From IMG/VR virus record IMGVR_UViG_3300018489_000278: DNA of 64,000 bases; one strand, written 5' to 3'. A program made the translations under genes and the position numbers. Shown here in pieces: positions 1 to 10,479 of the stretch (the stretch's first letter is position 1; each line of letters starts with the position of its first letter). The DNA is from a virus (Duplodnaviria > Heunggongvirae > Uroviricota > Caudoviricetes). The notes below the pieces were generated by a model. It was not told the DNA's origin. It did no database searches and saw nothing but the letters and a program-made list of their open reading frames with translations.

Positions 1-121
1 TAAACTATCACATCAGTGAATGTGTCCAGCCACGTTTCTGGAGCATTGGAAATACTGTAATAATCACAGAATGGGCATTTTGTGTAGCAGAAAGGAATAT
101 GAAGATAGAGGCCTTTGTTCA

Positions 122-1910
122 TTACTCAGTATCAGCCTTAAGCACCGACAAGAATGCTTCTTGTGGTATGTCTACCTGATTGAACTGTCTCATGCGCTTC
201 TTTCCAGCCTTCTGTTTTTCTAGAAGTTTCTTCTTTCTACTAACATCTCCTCCGTAGCACTTTGCTAAAACGTCCTTACGAAGGGGTTTTATGGTCTCAC
301 GGGCAACTATTCTGCCCCCTGCTTTTACCTGAATTACAACTTCCACCAGCTGTTTTGGTATGGTATGTTTCAAGTTTGATGCTACTTGCCTAGCAACCCT
401 TAGTACTTCACTCTTCGGAGCGAGCAACGTAAGGGCATCTAGTTTTTTACCGTTAATAAAAACCTCTATTTTGTCGACATCGGCTTCCTTGAAACCAATG
501 TGCTCATAGTCGAAAGACGCATATCCACGTGTTACACTTTTTAGTTGGTCGTAAAAATCAGTTATGATTTCTGCAAAGGGTAAATCGTATTCGAGTAAAA
601 CACGCTGCTGCGATATGTACTCCATGTGAAGCATTTTCCACGTCTGCCCTCACAAAGTTGAATAACAGAGCCCACATACTCTGATGGAACTACTACGGTC
701 CCCCTCACATAAGGCTCCTCCACCAGCTCCACTTCAGAAAAGTCTGGGAACTGCGAAGGATTGCGCACCTCAATGTACTCACCACTCCGTGTTAACACAT
801 GATATTCCACGTTGGGTGAGGTTAATATGAGATCCAAATCGAATTCTCTTTCAAGCCTTTCTCTAATGATGTCCATATGAAGAAGCCCCAAGAACCCACA
901 CCTAAAACCTGGGCCAAAAGCTTCGCTACTTTCCGGCTCAAACACCAAAGCTGCATCATTGAGCTGAAGCTTCTTCAAAGACTCGCGAAGTCTTTCAAAA
1001 TCCTCGTTCTCAGTAGGATAAATAGACGCAAAACCATGGGTTTCATTGCAGAAAAGCCTGGTATGGGAGCATCGGCAGGTCTCACCGCTGAGGTCATTGT
1101 ATCTCCCACCGGAACTTCGCGGATGTCTCTTATGTTGGCAGCCACATATCCCACGTCTCCTGCCTCTAAACTCTCCGTGGGCACCATCTTCAAGGAAAAA
1201 ACACCAACCTCAGTCACTTCAGATTCCAAACCGCTTGCCCAGAATCTGATCCGATCTCCTACTCTAACCTGTCCATTGAAAATGCGAACAACGGAAACTA
1301 CTCCTTTGTAAGTATCGTAAAAGGAATCGAACACAAGAGCCTGTAAAGGAGCATTTTCATCCCCATTCGGAGCAGGGATTTCCTTTACGAGCCTATCGAT
1401 AAGCTCTTCAATGCCAATTCCTTCTTTAGCTGAAACCAATACTGGATCAATATCGTCCTTTCCTAGAAGCTGGGACATGGCTCTCTTAGTACCTTCCACG
1501 TCAGCAGAAGGTAAATCGATTTTGTTAATGACGGGGACAATGGCTAAGTTGTGTTCCATGGCTTTGTAAGCATGTGCTACTGTTTGTGCTTCCACTCCCT
1601 GAGTTGCATCTACTAAAAGAATTGCACCTTCACAAGCAGCTAAGGACCTAGAAACTTCGTAGGAAAAATCGACATGCCCAGGCGTATCTATGAGGTTGAA
1701 CACGTAATCACCAATATGCAATCTAACTGGATGGCTTTTAATGGTGATCCCACGTTCGCGTTCCAAATCCATACTATCAAGCATCTGTTTCTGTAGTTTA
1801 TCTCGTCTCACTAACCCAGAAAGCTCCAAGAAACGGTCAGCTAACGTGGACTTGCCGTGGTCAATGTGCGCTATTATGGAGAAGTTTCTGATTTTGCTTC
1901 TATCAACCAT
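122..1910 (-). pseudogene. lepA: Elongation factor 4 (LepA) split over three reading frames (975-1910, 562-978, 122-634)
   Basis: N-terminal GTPase motif IIAHIDHGKSTLADR, a middle segment [23 protein letters not shown] and a LepA C-terminal segment lie consecutively on the minus strand in different frames; two frameshifts. Confidence 0.75.
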
Positions 1911-3097
1911 ACAATTCTCTCACTGAGCCACCATGCCAAATCAACTTTGGACTGCAAAGGTGCTTCTTCCACACCTCTTACTTTGCTTATGAACCAACCA
2001 CTGTTGGTGTCTACAGCAAATCCCGTCTGGGAAGTGTCAATACGGTTTGCAAATATGGCATCCACGTGTTTACGTTCCAGCTTTTCCTCAGCATCTTTGA
2101 TAACATCGGCGCCTCCAGCTGCAAAAGCAACGTAAACAGGCTTCGTGTATTTCGCTGCAAAGGAACCTACAACATCTGGTGTTGCTTTCAAAGTTAACGT
2201 TAGTTCCCCTTGTCGTCTTAATTTACCTTCTCTCCTCTCAGTGGTGAAGTCACCTACTGCAGCTGCCATTACAACTGCGTCCGCCTCCGGCAGGAAGTGT
2301 TCCATAAGCTGCATAAGCTCGCTAACAGATTCAAACTGCAGCAGACGAACACCTTGAGGTACATCTAAGGTTACAGGGCCACTTAGCAAAGTAACATCAG
2401 CACCTCTGAGTGCCAAAGCTTGCGCTAAAGCGTAACCCATCTTTCCACTGGAAGGATTTGATATAAACCTTACTTCATCAATGTACTCTCTGGTAGGTCC
2501 AGCAGTGACCACTATGTTTCTTCCACTTAAATCTTGTGGCACCACGGCTTTAGCTATGTGAAACAAAATCGTTTCTGTCTCGGGAAAACGCCCCTTACCC
2601 ACTTCTCCATCAGCTAAATGTCCAACCTCAGGCTCTACTACAACGCATCCCAAGTTTCTGAGCTTATGTAGATTCTCTTGAGTTATCTTGTTTTCATACA
2701 TGCGCACGTTCATTGCAGGAACCAACACCAATGGTTTATCACAGCCCAGTACTGTGCTAGTCAAGAGATTATCAGCGAAACCGTTAGCAATTTTTGCCAA
2801 CGTGTTTGCCGTGGCAGGAGCTACAACCAACACATCTGCCCAGCGCCCTAGTTCAATGTGCAAACTGCGGATATTTGATGACCAGTAGTCCTGATCAGTG
2901 TAAGCAGCGTCGTTGGTAAGGGAAACGAAACTCGTAGGCCCCACAAAATGCAAAGCTGATGCAGTCAGAATAGTTCGCACATGAGCATCAAACTTAGAAA
3001 GAGTAGAAGCTAAACTACAGGCCTTGAAAGCTGCAATGGAACCAGTTACTCCCAAGAGAATGTTTTTTCTGCGGAATATACTGCCAGGAATCCACAT
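1874..3097 (-). CDS. coaBC: Bifunctional phosphopantothenoylcysteine decarboxylase / phosphopantothenate-cysteine ligase
   Basis: 407 aa; N-terminal flavoprotein domain (ILLGVTGSIAAFK) plus C-terminal CoaB ligase domain; sits next to rpoZ-gmk as in many bacteria. Confidence 0.8.
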   Translation of the reverse strand: MWIPGSIFRRKNILLGVTGSIAAFKACSLASTLSKFDAHVRTILTASALHFVGPTSFVSLTNDAAYTDQDYWSSNIRSLHIELGRWADVLVVAPATANTLAKIANGFADNLLTSTVLGCDKPLVLVPAMNVRMYENKITQENLHKLRNLGCVVVEPEVGHLADGEVGKGRFPETETILFHIAKAVVPQDLSGRNIVVTAGPTREYIDEVRFISNPSSGKMGYALAQALALRGADVTLLSGPVTLDVPQGVRLLQFESVSELMQLMEHFLPEADAVVMAAAVGDFTTERREGKLRRQGELTLTLKATPDVVGSFAAKYTKPVYVAFAAGGADVIKDAEEKLERKHVDAIFANRIDTSQTGFAVDTNSGWFISKVRGVEEAPLQSKVDLAWWLSERIVWLIEAKSETSP

Positions 3098-3107
3098 ACA
3101 AAACTCA

Positions 3108-3305
3108 CTAGATGCGCAGTGTAACTGTGACTTTTCTTTCTGCTATGTCTTGAATGGCTCTTTCCACAGGAACCTCATAGGTAGGAGAATGAGATAATAC
3201 TTCTTTCTGTATTTTCTTAGCTGTCAAGCCTACCGCCACCACCACGGCATATCTAGGGAGTCCAGTAATTCTCTCCAGCTCTTCTAATGTCACCTGCTTC
3301 ATCAA
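3108..3305 (-). CDS. rpoZ: DNA-directed RNA polymerase omega subunit
   Basis: 65 aa with RYAVVVAVGLTAKKIQK resembling the RpoZ core; located between gmk and coaBC as is typical. Confidence 0.55.
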   Translation of the reverse strand: MMKQVTLEELERITGLPRYAVVVAVGLTAKKIQKEVLSHSPTYEVPVERAIQDIAERKVTVTLRI

Positions 3306-3482
3306 AAATACCTCCTTTTCTTAGTGATTCCACCATGGTGCGTGCCCTGTCCTCAGTTACAACAAAATCCACTAAAGACAGGATCTTCATTATATTTTCC
3401 ACAGCTTGATTTTACTTCCACGTTGACCACAAAAAAATGTGATTCCCTGAGGTAGTCGAGCTCCTGCAAGCTACGAAGCAGC

Positions 3483-3917
3483 CTAAGCTGCTGCTCGTCC
3501 ATTCTTCAGTGCCTCTTTCATCAAACGATGCTTAAGCTCATCCAAGGAAGGAGGCAACAAAAATATTAAAATAGCATCTGGAAACCTCCTCCGAACCTGC
3601 ATCGCTCCCTGCATATCGATTTCTAATATTACCTTCTTGCCCTGTTCCAAATGCTGCATAACGAAATCCTTGGGCGTGCCATAGTAAGAACCATGAACAT
3701 ATGCCCATTCCAGCAATCGATCAGTGGCAACCATCTTCTTGAACGTGGAGTAGTCCACAAAATAGTAATCCTTACCATCAACTTCTCCGGGTCTTCGGCT
3801 ACGCGTGGTCACTGAGATGGAAAGTACAAGTTCCTTATCCCTGTTTAATAGTTCACTTACCACAGTACCCTTCCCAACACCGGAAGGACCACTGATGACA
3901 ATGAGTCTACCGCCCAC
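3483..3917 (-). CDS. gmk: Guanylate kinase, 3' end apparently frameshifted
   Basis: P-loop ISGPSGVGKGT, guanylate kinase fold. The C-terminal ~60 aa expected for Gmk are readable only in other frames of 3330-3482 (e.g. LRLLRSLQELDYLRE), with an A7 run near 3432. Confidence 0.75.
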   Translation of the reverse strand: MGGRLIVISGPSGVGKGTVVSELLNRDKELVLSISVTTRSRRPGEVDGKDYYFVDYSTFKKMVATDRLLEWAYVHGSYYGTPKDFVMQHLEQGKKVILEIDMQGAMQVRRRFPDAILIFLLPPSLDELKHRLMKEALKNGRAAA

Positions 3918-4229
3918 TTAAACGTCCTCTCCTGATTCCTTTTGTAGTTCCGCTTCTTGTTCAGTGATGGGCTCTATTCTTTCTTCCTCTTCTTCCTCAA
4001 GGCGGCTCACCAAGGTATCAGGCAACACCGCAGATAGCACGATAAAGCCACCTTCTGTCAAAATAGCAGCCCTGGTTCTACGCCCAAAAGTGGCATCCAC
4101 AAGCCGCCCTTGCTCTTTTGCAAGCCTTATCATCCGCCTTATCGGGGCAGAGTCAGGGCTGACAATGCCAATTATTTTTGATACAGAAATGTACGAACTA
4201 AAGCCAATATTAAGGAAACCACTTTCCAC
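3918..4229 (-). CDS. remA: DUF370 / RemA-family regulator (YlzA-like)
   Basis: NIGFSSYISVSKIIGIVSPDSAPIRRMIRLAKEQGRLVDATFGRRTRAAILTEGGFIVLSAV matches the RemA core; immediately upstream of gmk as in Firmicutes. Confidence 0.65.
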   Translation of the reverse strand: MESGFLNIGFSSYISVSKIIGIVSPDSAPIRRMIRLAKEQGRLVDATFGRRTRAAILTEGGFIVLSAVLPDTLVSRLEEEEEERIEPITEQEAELQKESGEDV

Positions 4230-4288
4230 TTTTCTATTATATCATTCAAAGTCTGCTCAGCTGCAAAAGCTTAATACTTTTTACCGAT

Positions 4289-4975
4289 TTATTGACTTAC
4301 GTTTAGAACCACCTTACCTGAATTACCTGACATCATAGCGGAGAAGGCCGCTTCATAATCTTTGAAGTCGAATTGATGCGTGATTACCTTCTTCAAATCT
4401 ACTTTTCCGCTACTAACTAACGATACACCCAAGTCCCAAGTCTCCCATAGTCTACGCCCAGTTATGCCTCTTATAGTTATGCCCTTAGAAACTACATTAT
4501 TCGCTAAATCCAGAGAAACGCGGTTGTCGGGAAGACCTAAGATCGCCATTTCTCCTCCCGGCACAATCATTTCAAGACCCTGATTAAGCGCCTTTTCGCT
4601 ACCACTCATTTCTAAAACCACATCTGCGCCGCCAAGGTTCTGCACAATCTGGACGGGATCTTGTTCCTTAACATTAATAACCACGTCTGCTCCCACATCA
4701 GAAGCAAGCTTTAGCCTATAGTCAGAAAGATCTGTGGCAATAATCTCTACCGCACCCAGCGCTTTGGCCACCGGTATTGCCATGACCCCAATGGGGCCAG
4801 CTCCCGTAACCACAACCCTTTTGCCTCTAACATCCACAGATTGCACCGTGTGGACCGCATTGCCAAAGGGTTCCAAGACCGAACCAGCTTCCAAGGGAAC
4901 ACTGGCAGGCAGCTTGACCAAGTTCTCTTCGGGGATGGCTATGTACTCGGCAAAAGCTCCGTCCATGTGAACTCC
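4289..4975 (-). pseudogene. tdh: 3' two-thirds of a zinc-dependent alcohol dehydrogenase, most like L-threonine 3-dehydrogenase; N-terminal ~115 aa missing
   Basis: Rossmann motif VVVTGAGPIGVMAI and C-terminus FSAMMSGNSGKVVLNV typical of Tdh/sorbitol-DH family; the ORF runs into the composition junction at about 4975 with no N-terminal catalytic domain. Confidence 0.55.
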
Positions 4976-5643
4976 TATGATTCTTGTATTTTCGTATTGT
5001 CGATCCTGTGAAGGCTGTGTATGAGGTTGTTAATTTACCCGATGCAATTGAAAAACTTGCGCAGACAACGCTAAGAAATGTTATAGGTAAGATGGATTTA
5101 GACGAGACTCTTTCTTCAAGAGATAAGATAAATGCAGAATTGAAAACCGTGATGGAAGATGCAACAACTAAGTGGGGAGTAGAGATAAAAAGAGTTGAGC
5201 TTCAAAACATAAATCCACCTAAAAATATACAAGAAACGATGGAAAAGCAAATGCGTGCAGAAAGAGATAAGAGAGCTGTTATTTTAGAGGCAGAAGGCGA
5301 GCGAGACGCAAATATAAATAGGTCAGAAGGCATTAAACAAGCAGAAATCAACAAAGCAGAAGGAGATAAACAAGCAAAGATACTTCAAGCAGAAGGAGAA
5401 GCAGAGGCAAGAGTAAAAGTTGCAGAAGCAGAAGCAAAAGCAATACAAATTATTATGAATACTATTCAGTCAAAAGGAGATCCACTTAATTATTTGATTG
5501 CAACTAAGTATATTGATACGCTTAAAGAAATGGTATCAGGTCAAAACAATAAAGTTATCTATTTGCCGTATGAAGCATCTGCATTATTGGGTTCTATTGG
5601 TGGTATAAAAGATATGTTTCATGAGAGAAAAAGTAGTGAATAA
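4976..5643 (+). pseudogene. SPFH/band-7 (stomatin-like) protein lacking its N-terminal membrane anchor and first ~100 aa
   Basis: YFRIVDPVKAVYEV...TLRNVIGKMDLDETLSSRDKIN...WGVEIKRVELQNI matches the middle and C-terminal parts of prokaryotic stomatins; the ORF opens directly at the junction. Confidence 0.55.
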
Positions 5644-6214
5644 TACGTTTATATGGAAGAGAGGTAAAAAGTATGAAAAAAACATTAAAGTTATTATTCC
5701 CATAGTAATTATAGCTGTTGTTTGTTTGGTTATTCTTTTTCTTTATTTTATGCCTTTTATGAAAACAATTACTATGGATGTCGCAGTACAAAAAGGTGTC
5801 GCTGTAGATGGTGGCAACGGGTGGGATGGCGTTCAGGGTAGTGTTGCTTACATAAAACTTCTTCCTGTCTTTCCTAAGTTTTTGATTGTTAATGCGAGTA
5901 AAGATGATGTTACTTATTCTATAAAAGTACCGATTAAAGGTAATGTTGTTGTCACTTTAATACATGAGACTAATTTTGCAGATGAAGTAAAAGAAGATAT
6001 GAAAAATAATCCAAAAGAAACAGAAATGGATGCAGAGGACAATGTAGCCAAGAAACATAACATTAAGCTTGATGTTGTTTTCGGTAATTTAAAGAGCGGT
6101 AATGTCTATTTTGGAGAGTATGTTGATATTAGTGTATTAAAGCAAGGTGATTTTATAGCGATTAATAGAGAAATTGCAACAGGCAATCTTTCTATATTCA
6201 AGGAAGTACCATAA
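5621..6214 (+). CDS. Hypothetical membrane-anchored protein (single N-terminal TM)
   Basis: 197 aa ORF, hydrophobic segment IIPIVIIAVVCLVILFLYF near the N-terminus; no recognisable domain. Confidence 0.3.
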   Translation: MREKVVNNTFIWKRGKKYEKNIKVIIPIVIIAVVCLVILFLYFMPFMKTITMDVAVQKGVAVDGGNGWDGVQGSVAYIKLLPVFPKFLIVNASKDDVTYSIKVPIKGNVVVTLIHETNFADEVKEDMKNNPKETEMDAEDNVAKKHNIKLDVVFGNLKSGNVYFGEYVDISVLKQGDFIAINREIATGNLSIFKEVP

Positions 6215-6285
6215 GAGAGGAAACCTGCTGGTGGTTTTGAATAATTTTGCTATGATGATAGTAAAAGAACGGAGGTAAAAAAAGA

Positions 6286-9200
6286 ATGACAAAAGAAGAA
6301 ATGCGCCAGGCTTTTATTAACGAATATCGTCATGCGCAATCTTTAATCAATATGCCAAAAGTTTCAGAACCAAATATTGCAAGCGAAGTAAAGTCACTGT
6401 TCAAGATTCTAACAAATACTGATCCAATTCTGGGAGATGAATCAATAGATATGACTGTTTATTATCCTGATACTCATGAAAATGCTGGTAAAGTTTTTGC
6501 TATATTTGAAATGAAAAGTCCGAACAACACAAATGAAATGGTAGCATTATCAGACTTCAATAGAAAAGCATTCCATGAGATATTGCATCATTTTTTAGTT
6601 GCAGAATTTGGTGGTGATGATAAATTTTCTCAGGTAGAGTATTATATTATTACAGATTTAAAGTCGTGGTTCGTGTTTGATCGTGCTACATTTATTGACT
6701 GTTTTGGATACATTACACTTAAAGGATTAGCTAATAAATTATCAATAGACAAAAAGACTCTTTCAGGTTTTAGTATAAAAAAGCAGGAAGCTTATAATAT
6801 TATTTCAGACTTTATCGAGAAAAACCCAAAAGCAATGTCTTCATTTGTAAAAAAGCAGAAGATTACTATTTTGTAATTCAACAATATTCGGATGATGATG
6901 CAACAAAACTATTTGATTTTTTATACGATAAATTTGTGTTCAATAAACCAAAAGAGTTTGTTTCTCTCAATAAGGATTTCTACAACGAATTGCTCTACAT
7001 TATGGGGCTGAAAGAAAAAGAAGCTAACGGTAGAAAACAAGTTGTTTATAATGGTGTTGCTAATTCTTTTGCAGGTCAAATTACCAAAGGTACAGTAAAA
7101 GAAAATGACTTACTTCCAGAAGATAAGATACAGTTGTTGATAGTATGGTTTAATAGAATACTTTTTTGAAGTTGTTGGAAACCAATCTTGTTAAATTCAA
7201 TGGCGGAGATGAGAAGTATAAGTTTTTAAATAAGCAGAAGATTATAGATTCAGCAACTTTAGACAAATTGTTCTTTGATGTAATGGCGGTAGAAGAAGAA
7301 AATCGCACAATGAAGCAGTTTGAAAATATTCCCTACTTGAACAGTTCTCTATTCGAAGAACAAGAAGTAGAAAAGAACGGTCAACACATTAGTATGATAA
7401 GCAATGCTTCTTTACCTCTGTATTCTAAAACTGTCTTAACCTTAACTGAACAGCAAAAACAAAAGGCAGAGCTTCCACTATTGGATTATTTGTTTCAGTT
7501 TCTCGATGCTTACAATTTTAATTCAGGAAAGGAAGGAGCGAGCGAGAGACTAATCAGTCCGGCAGTATTAGGTCTTGTATTTGAAAAGTTAAATGGCTAC
7601 AAAGATGGGAGCTTCTATACACCTTCTGAAATTACTAATTATATGGCAGAAGAGGCAATTAAAAGAGTCATACTTGAAAGAATTAGAGAAGAGGTGAATC
7701 TGGATTTTAAGAATTATAAAGAATTAACTTCTCTTTATATCGATGCATCTGCTGGAGAAAGAGAAAAAATAAAAGAAGCAGTAACGAGCTTAAAGATTGT
7801 AGATCCAGCGGTTGGTAGCGCCCATTTTTTAGTCTCTGCGTTAGATGTGCTTCTTGCAATTTGGTACGATCTATGTATAGGTGAAATGGAGAGCATAAAC
7901 CATAGCCAGTATAAAATTTACTTTAAGAACCAAGGAGCAATACCAGTTAAAGTAAAACAAGATGGTTCAGAAGAAGTTTTTGCGTACCAAAGAATAGAGA
8001 AAGATAATGGTAAGTTTTTCGTAAATGGAGAAGATCAAGCGTTTGAAAAAGCTTTGTTTGATACGAGAAGGTATATTATAGAGAACAATCTATTTGGTGT
8101 TGACATTAATCCAAAAGCGGTTGAAATTGCAAGGTTAAGGCTTTGGATCGAGCTACTAAAGAATACTTATTATATAGAACCTGATTTTATAAAGATGGAG
8201 ACACTACCTAACATAGATATTAACATTAAAGTTGGGGATAGTTTATTAGCTGAGATAGTAGAGATTAGAGATAGTCTGTTTGTTCTTGATTTACCTGATT
8301 ATTTAAAAAAGATACACGAGTATCAAGAAACAAATCAAAAAGAATTAAAAGAAAAGTTAAGAGAAGAGATTAACAAACAAAGGGAGAAACTGGTAGGAGG
8401 TGTAAATACTCAATATAAAGATTTTGTTTGGACTATAGATTTTCCTCAAATCCTAAATGATGACGGCACTGTTAGAGGTTTTGATGTTGTAATTGCTAAC
8501 CCACCGTATGGAGATTTACTCAAAGGTAAGGAAAAAGCATATGTAAGCAAGCATTATAAATTTGCTAAACCCGTGGATATATCGAGTCCTTTTCTAGAAC
8601 GTGGAATTGATCTTTTAAAAGATAAAGGATATCTTACTTATATTATAACTTATGCAATAACATTTAGTAAGGATTTTTCTGGCAATAGGTATCAGATTTT
8701 TAATAATTTTGAAGAATCGCATATTTATTCTTTTGATCGAGACAGATGTAGATTTTTTGAAAATATGAGCCAATCTGTTTCGATAATAAAATGCTTTAAC
8801 AAAAACCCAAAAGTTAAAAAGGGCATTTTCTCAAGTATTATGTTCAGGAATGCTCCTAATATTGATGAAATCGAGGTATCAAATTGTGATAAATATCTAT
8901 CAAATTGTGATAAATATCTTCTTCCAAAAGGTATATCATACGACAAACCTCATAGACTTCCGAAATTAGGAGGAGAAATTAATGTGAGAATATTAGATAA
9001 GCTATTAAAAAATGTTGATGTAATGAGAAGTATTTTAGGAAACGATAAAGATGAGAAAATATGGATTAGGACAAGCGGAAATTATTGGTATAATGCTTTT
9101 GACAGAGAACCCTATAAAAGCTCAAGCATTTCTGTGCTTTGTATAAGTAAAGGCTATGCAAATTTTGTTATTACTTTAATGAACTCCTCACTTTTCTACT

Positions 9201-9661
9201 TTTGGTTTAGAATTTATGGAAACGGCAGGAATATGAGCATGGATATATTGGAGAATTTTCCTTTAATAGATAAAAACAAGATATTAGACTACGATTTTTT
9301 AATGTCCAGAATGAAAACAAGGTTTATGAAGAAATTATTTTCTGTTTTCGATCAGAAGAGAGAGAGATTTCTAACAAGTAATATAAAATCTGAGATTGAT
9401 CTATTAGACTTAATTTTAGGGAGGTATCTTTATGGTCTCGGATTTGAAGAAATAGTTTATATTTTGAGTTATGATTCTGAGATCCGAGGTGGCAACAAGC
9501 TGGATAAATCTTTTATGGATATAGTAGATAAAATTATTTCAGCGAAAAAACAAGATCCTCAGGCAGATGTGAGTAAGTTAGAGAGAGAAATCGATAAGAT
9601 GGTTTATGAATTGTATGGATTGTCGGATGAAGAAGTTAATATTATTGAAAGAGGACTATGA
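6286..9661 (+). CDS. MmeI-like type IIG/IIL restriction-modification enzyme (nuclease-MTase-TRD fusion), interrupted by a stop and two frame changes (6286-6876, 6936-7169, 7166-9661)
   Basis: N-terminal PD-(D/E)xK-like YYPD...FAIFEMKSP; gamma-class N6-adenine MTase motifs FGVDINPKAVEIARLRLW and VVIANPPYG; long C-terminal target-recognition region; total span about 1125 aa. Confidence 0.6.
8878..8919 (+). repeat. Perfect 21-bp tandem duplication (atcaaattgtgataaatatct x2) inside the RM target-recognition region
   Basis: Read directly from the sequence; in-frame, duplicates the heptapeptide SNCDKYL. Confidence 0.9.
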
Positions 9662-9775
9662 ATAATAGATTGAGCAGTATGAAGTTTCGCACGACGTGTG
9701 AAGAGAAAAATTTTGATATAAGGCGAACTACAATCATTCTCAAGAGATTAGATGAAAGGAGTGTGAGATTAGAAA

Positions 9776-10390
9776 ATGGATTTTAAAGAAGATTTAAGCG
9801 ATAGTACTTTTGATTTTGCAAGAGTTGTCTGGCCTGTAATTAAGAAAAGGATTGGCGGTGGAGAATTTATGCCTGTCAATAATGTAACTAAGTTGTCTTT
9901 TTCTCAACAACTTGATAAATTGGCTGGCGTAAATGCATGGCAAGTTAATAATAATGTTGGTATTCGTGGTATAGATATCCGCGTTCAGTATGGTCATCCT
10001 TATGCTAGTTTTACCATTTGTTCTTCTGGTTCTTCTAGTAATTTTGCCGATTTTGAGAAAATAGTTTATGCGTTGCAACATAAAAATGAGGGTTGGGTAA
10101 CACCAGCATATACGATTCGAGCTTATTTGGATGAAAGAAAAACAGGTAAGTTGCTTTATGTTTGCATGATAAAGACGAACGACTTAATTAGTTATGTGAA
10201 TAATGGAAAGCCAGGAAAAGATTGGGAATTGCGAGACAATAAAAGAGACAACAATAAATTTATAGTTGTGTGGTGCAAAGATCTTAAAGACGCGAATGTT
10301 GATCTTTTTGAGTATATTGCTCTTGGTATTTCTATAGATTATCCATCACTGAAGACAATTTTAAATAATCGCGATAAAGAAGATAGATAG
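9776..10390 (+). CDS. Hypothetical protein (204 aa)
   Basis: Intact ORF with RBS; no motif recognised. Confidence 0.3.
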   Translation: MDFKEDLSDSTFDFARVVWPVIKKRIGGGEFMPVNNVTKLSFSQQLDKLAGVNAWQVNNNVGIRGIDIRVQYGHPYASFTICSSGSSSNFADFEKIVYALQHKNEGWVTPAYTIRAYLDERKTGKLLYVCMIKTNDLISYVNNGKPGKDWELRDNKRDNNKFIVVWCKDLKDANVDLFEYIALGISIDYPSLKTILNNRDKEDR

Positions 10391-10479
10391 TTGAGACACG
10401 ATGATAGATAATAATTGGAATAAGTGGCAGTTTTATTATTTTTGAATATAAAAAATATTATATTAGGAGGCTGAGCAGA

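Noticed and set aside
877-1311. Plus-strand ORFs 877-1311, 1046-1249, 1741-1926, 1857-2135, 2145-2357, 2688-2888, 3964-4338, 4380-4583, 4734-4970
   Set aside because: All lie antisense within well-supported minus-strand housekeeping genes (lepA, coaBC, remA/gmk, tdh) and have no recognisable similarity. They are spurious ORFs in GC-richer DNA.
8878-8919. Possible CRISPR-like or phase-variable repeat array
   Set aside because: Only two copies of a 21-bp unit with no spacers, lying in-frame inside a coding TRD. It is a simple tandem duplication, not a CRISPR array or an SSR tract.
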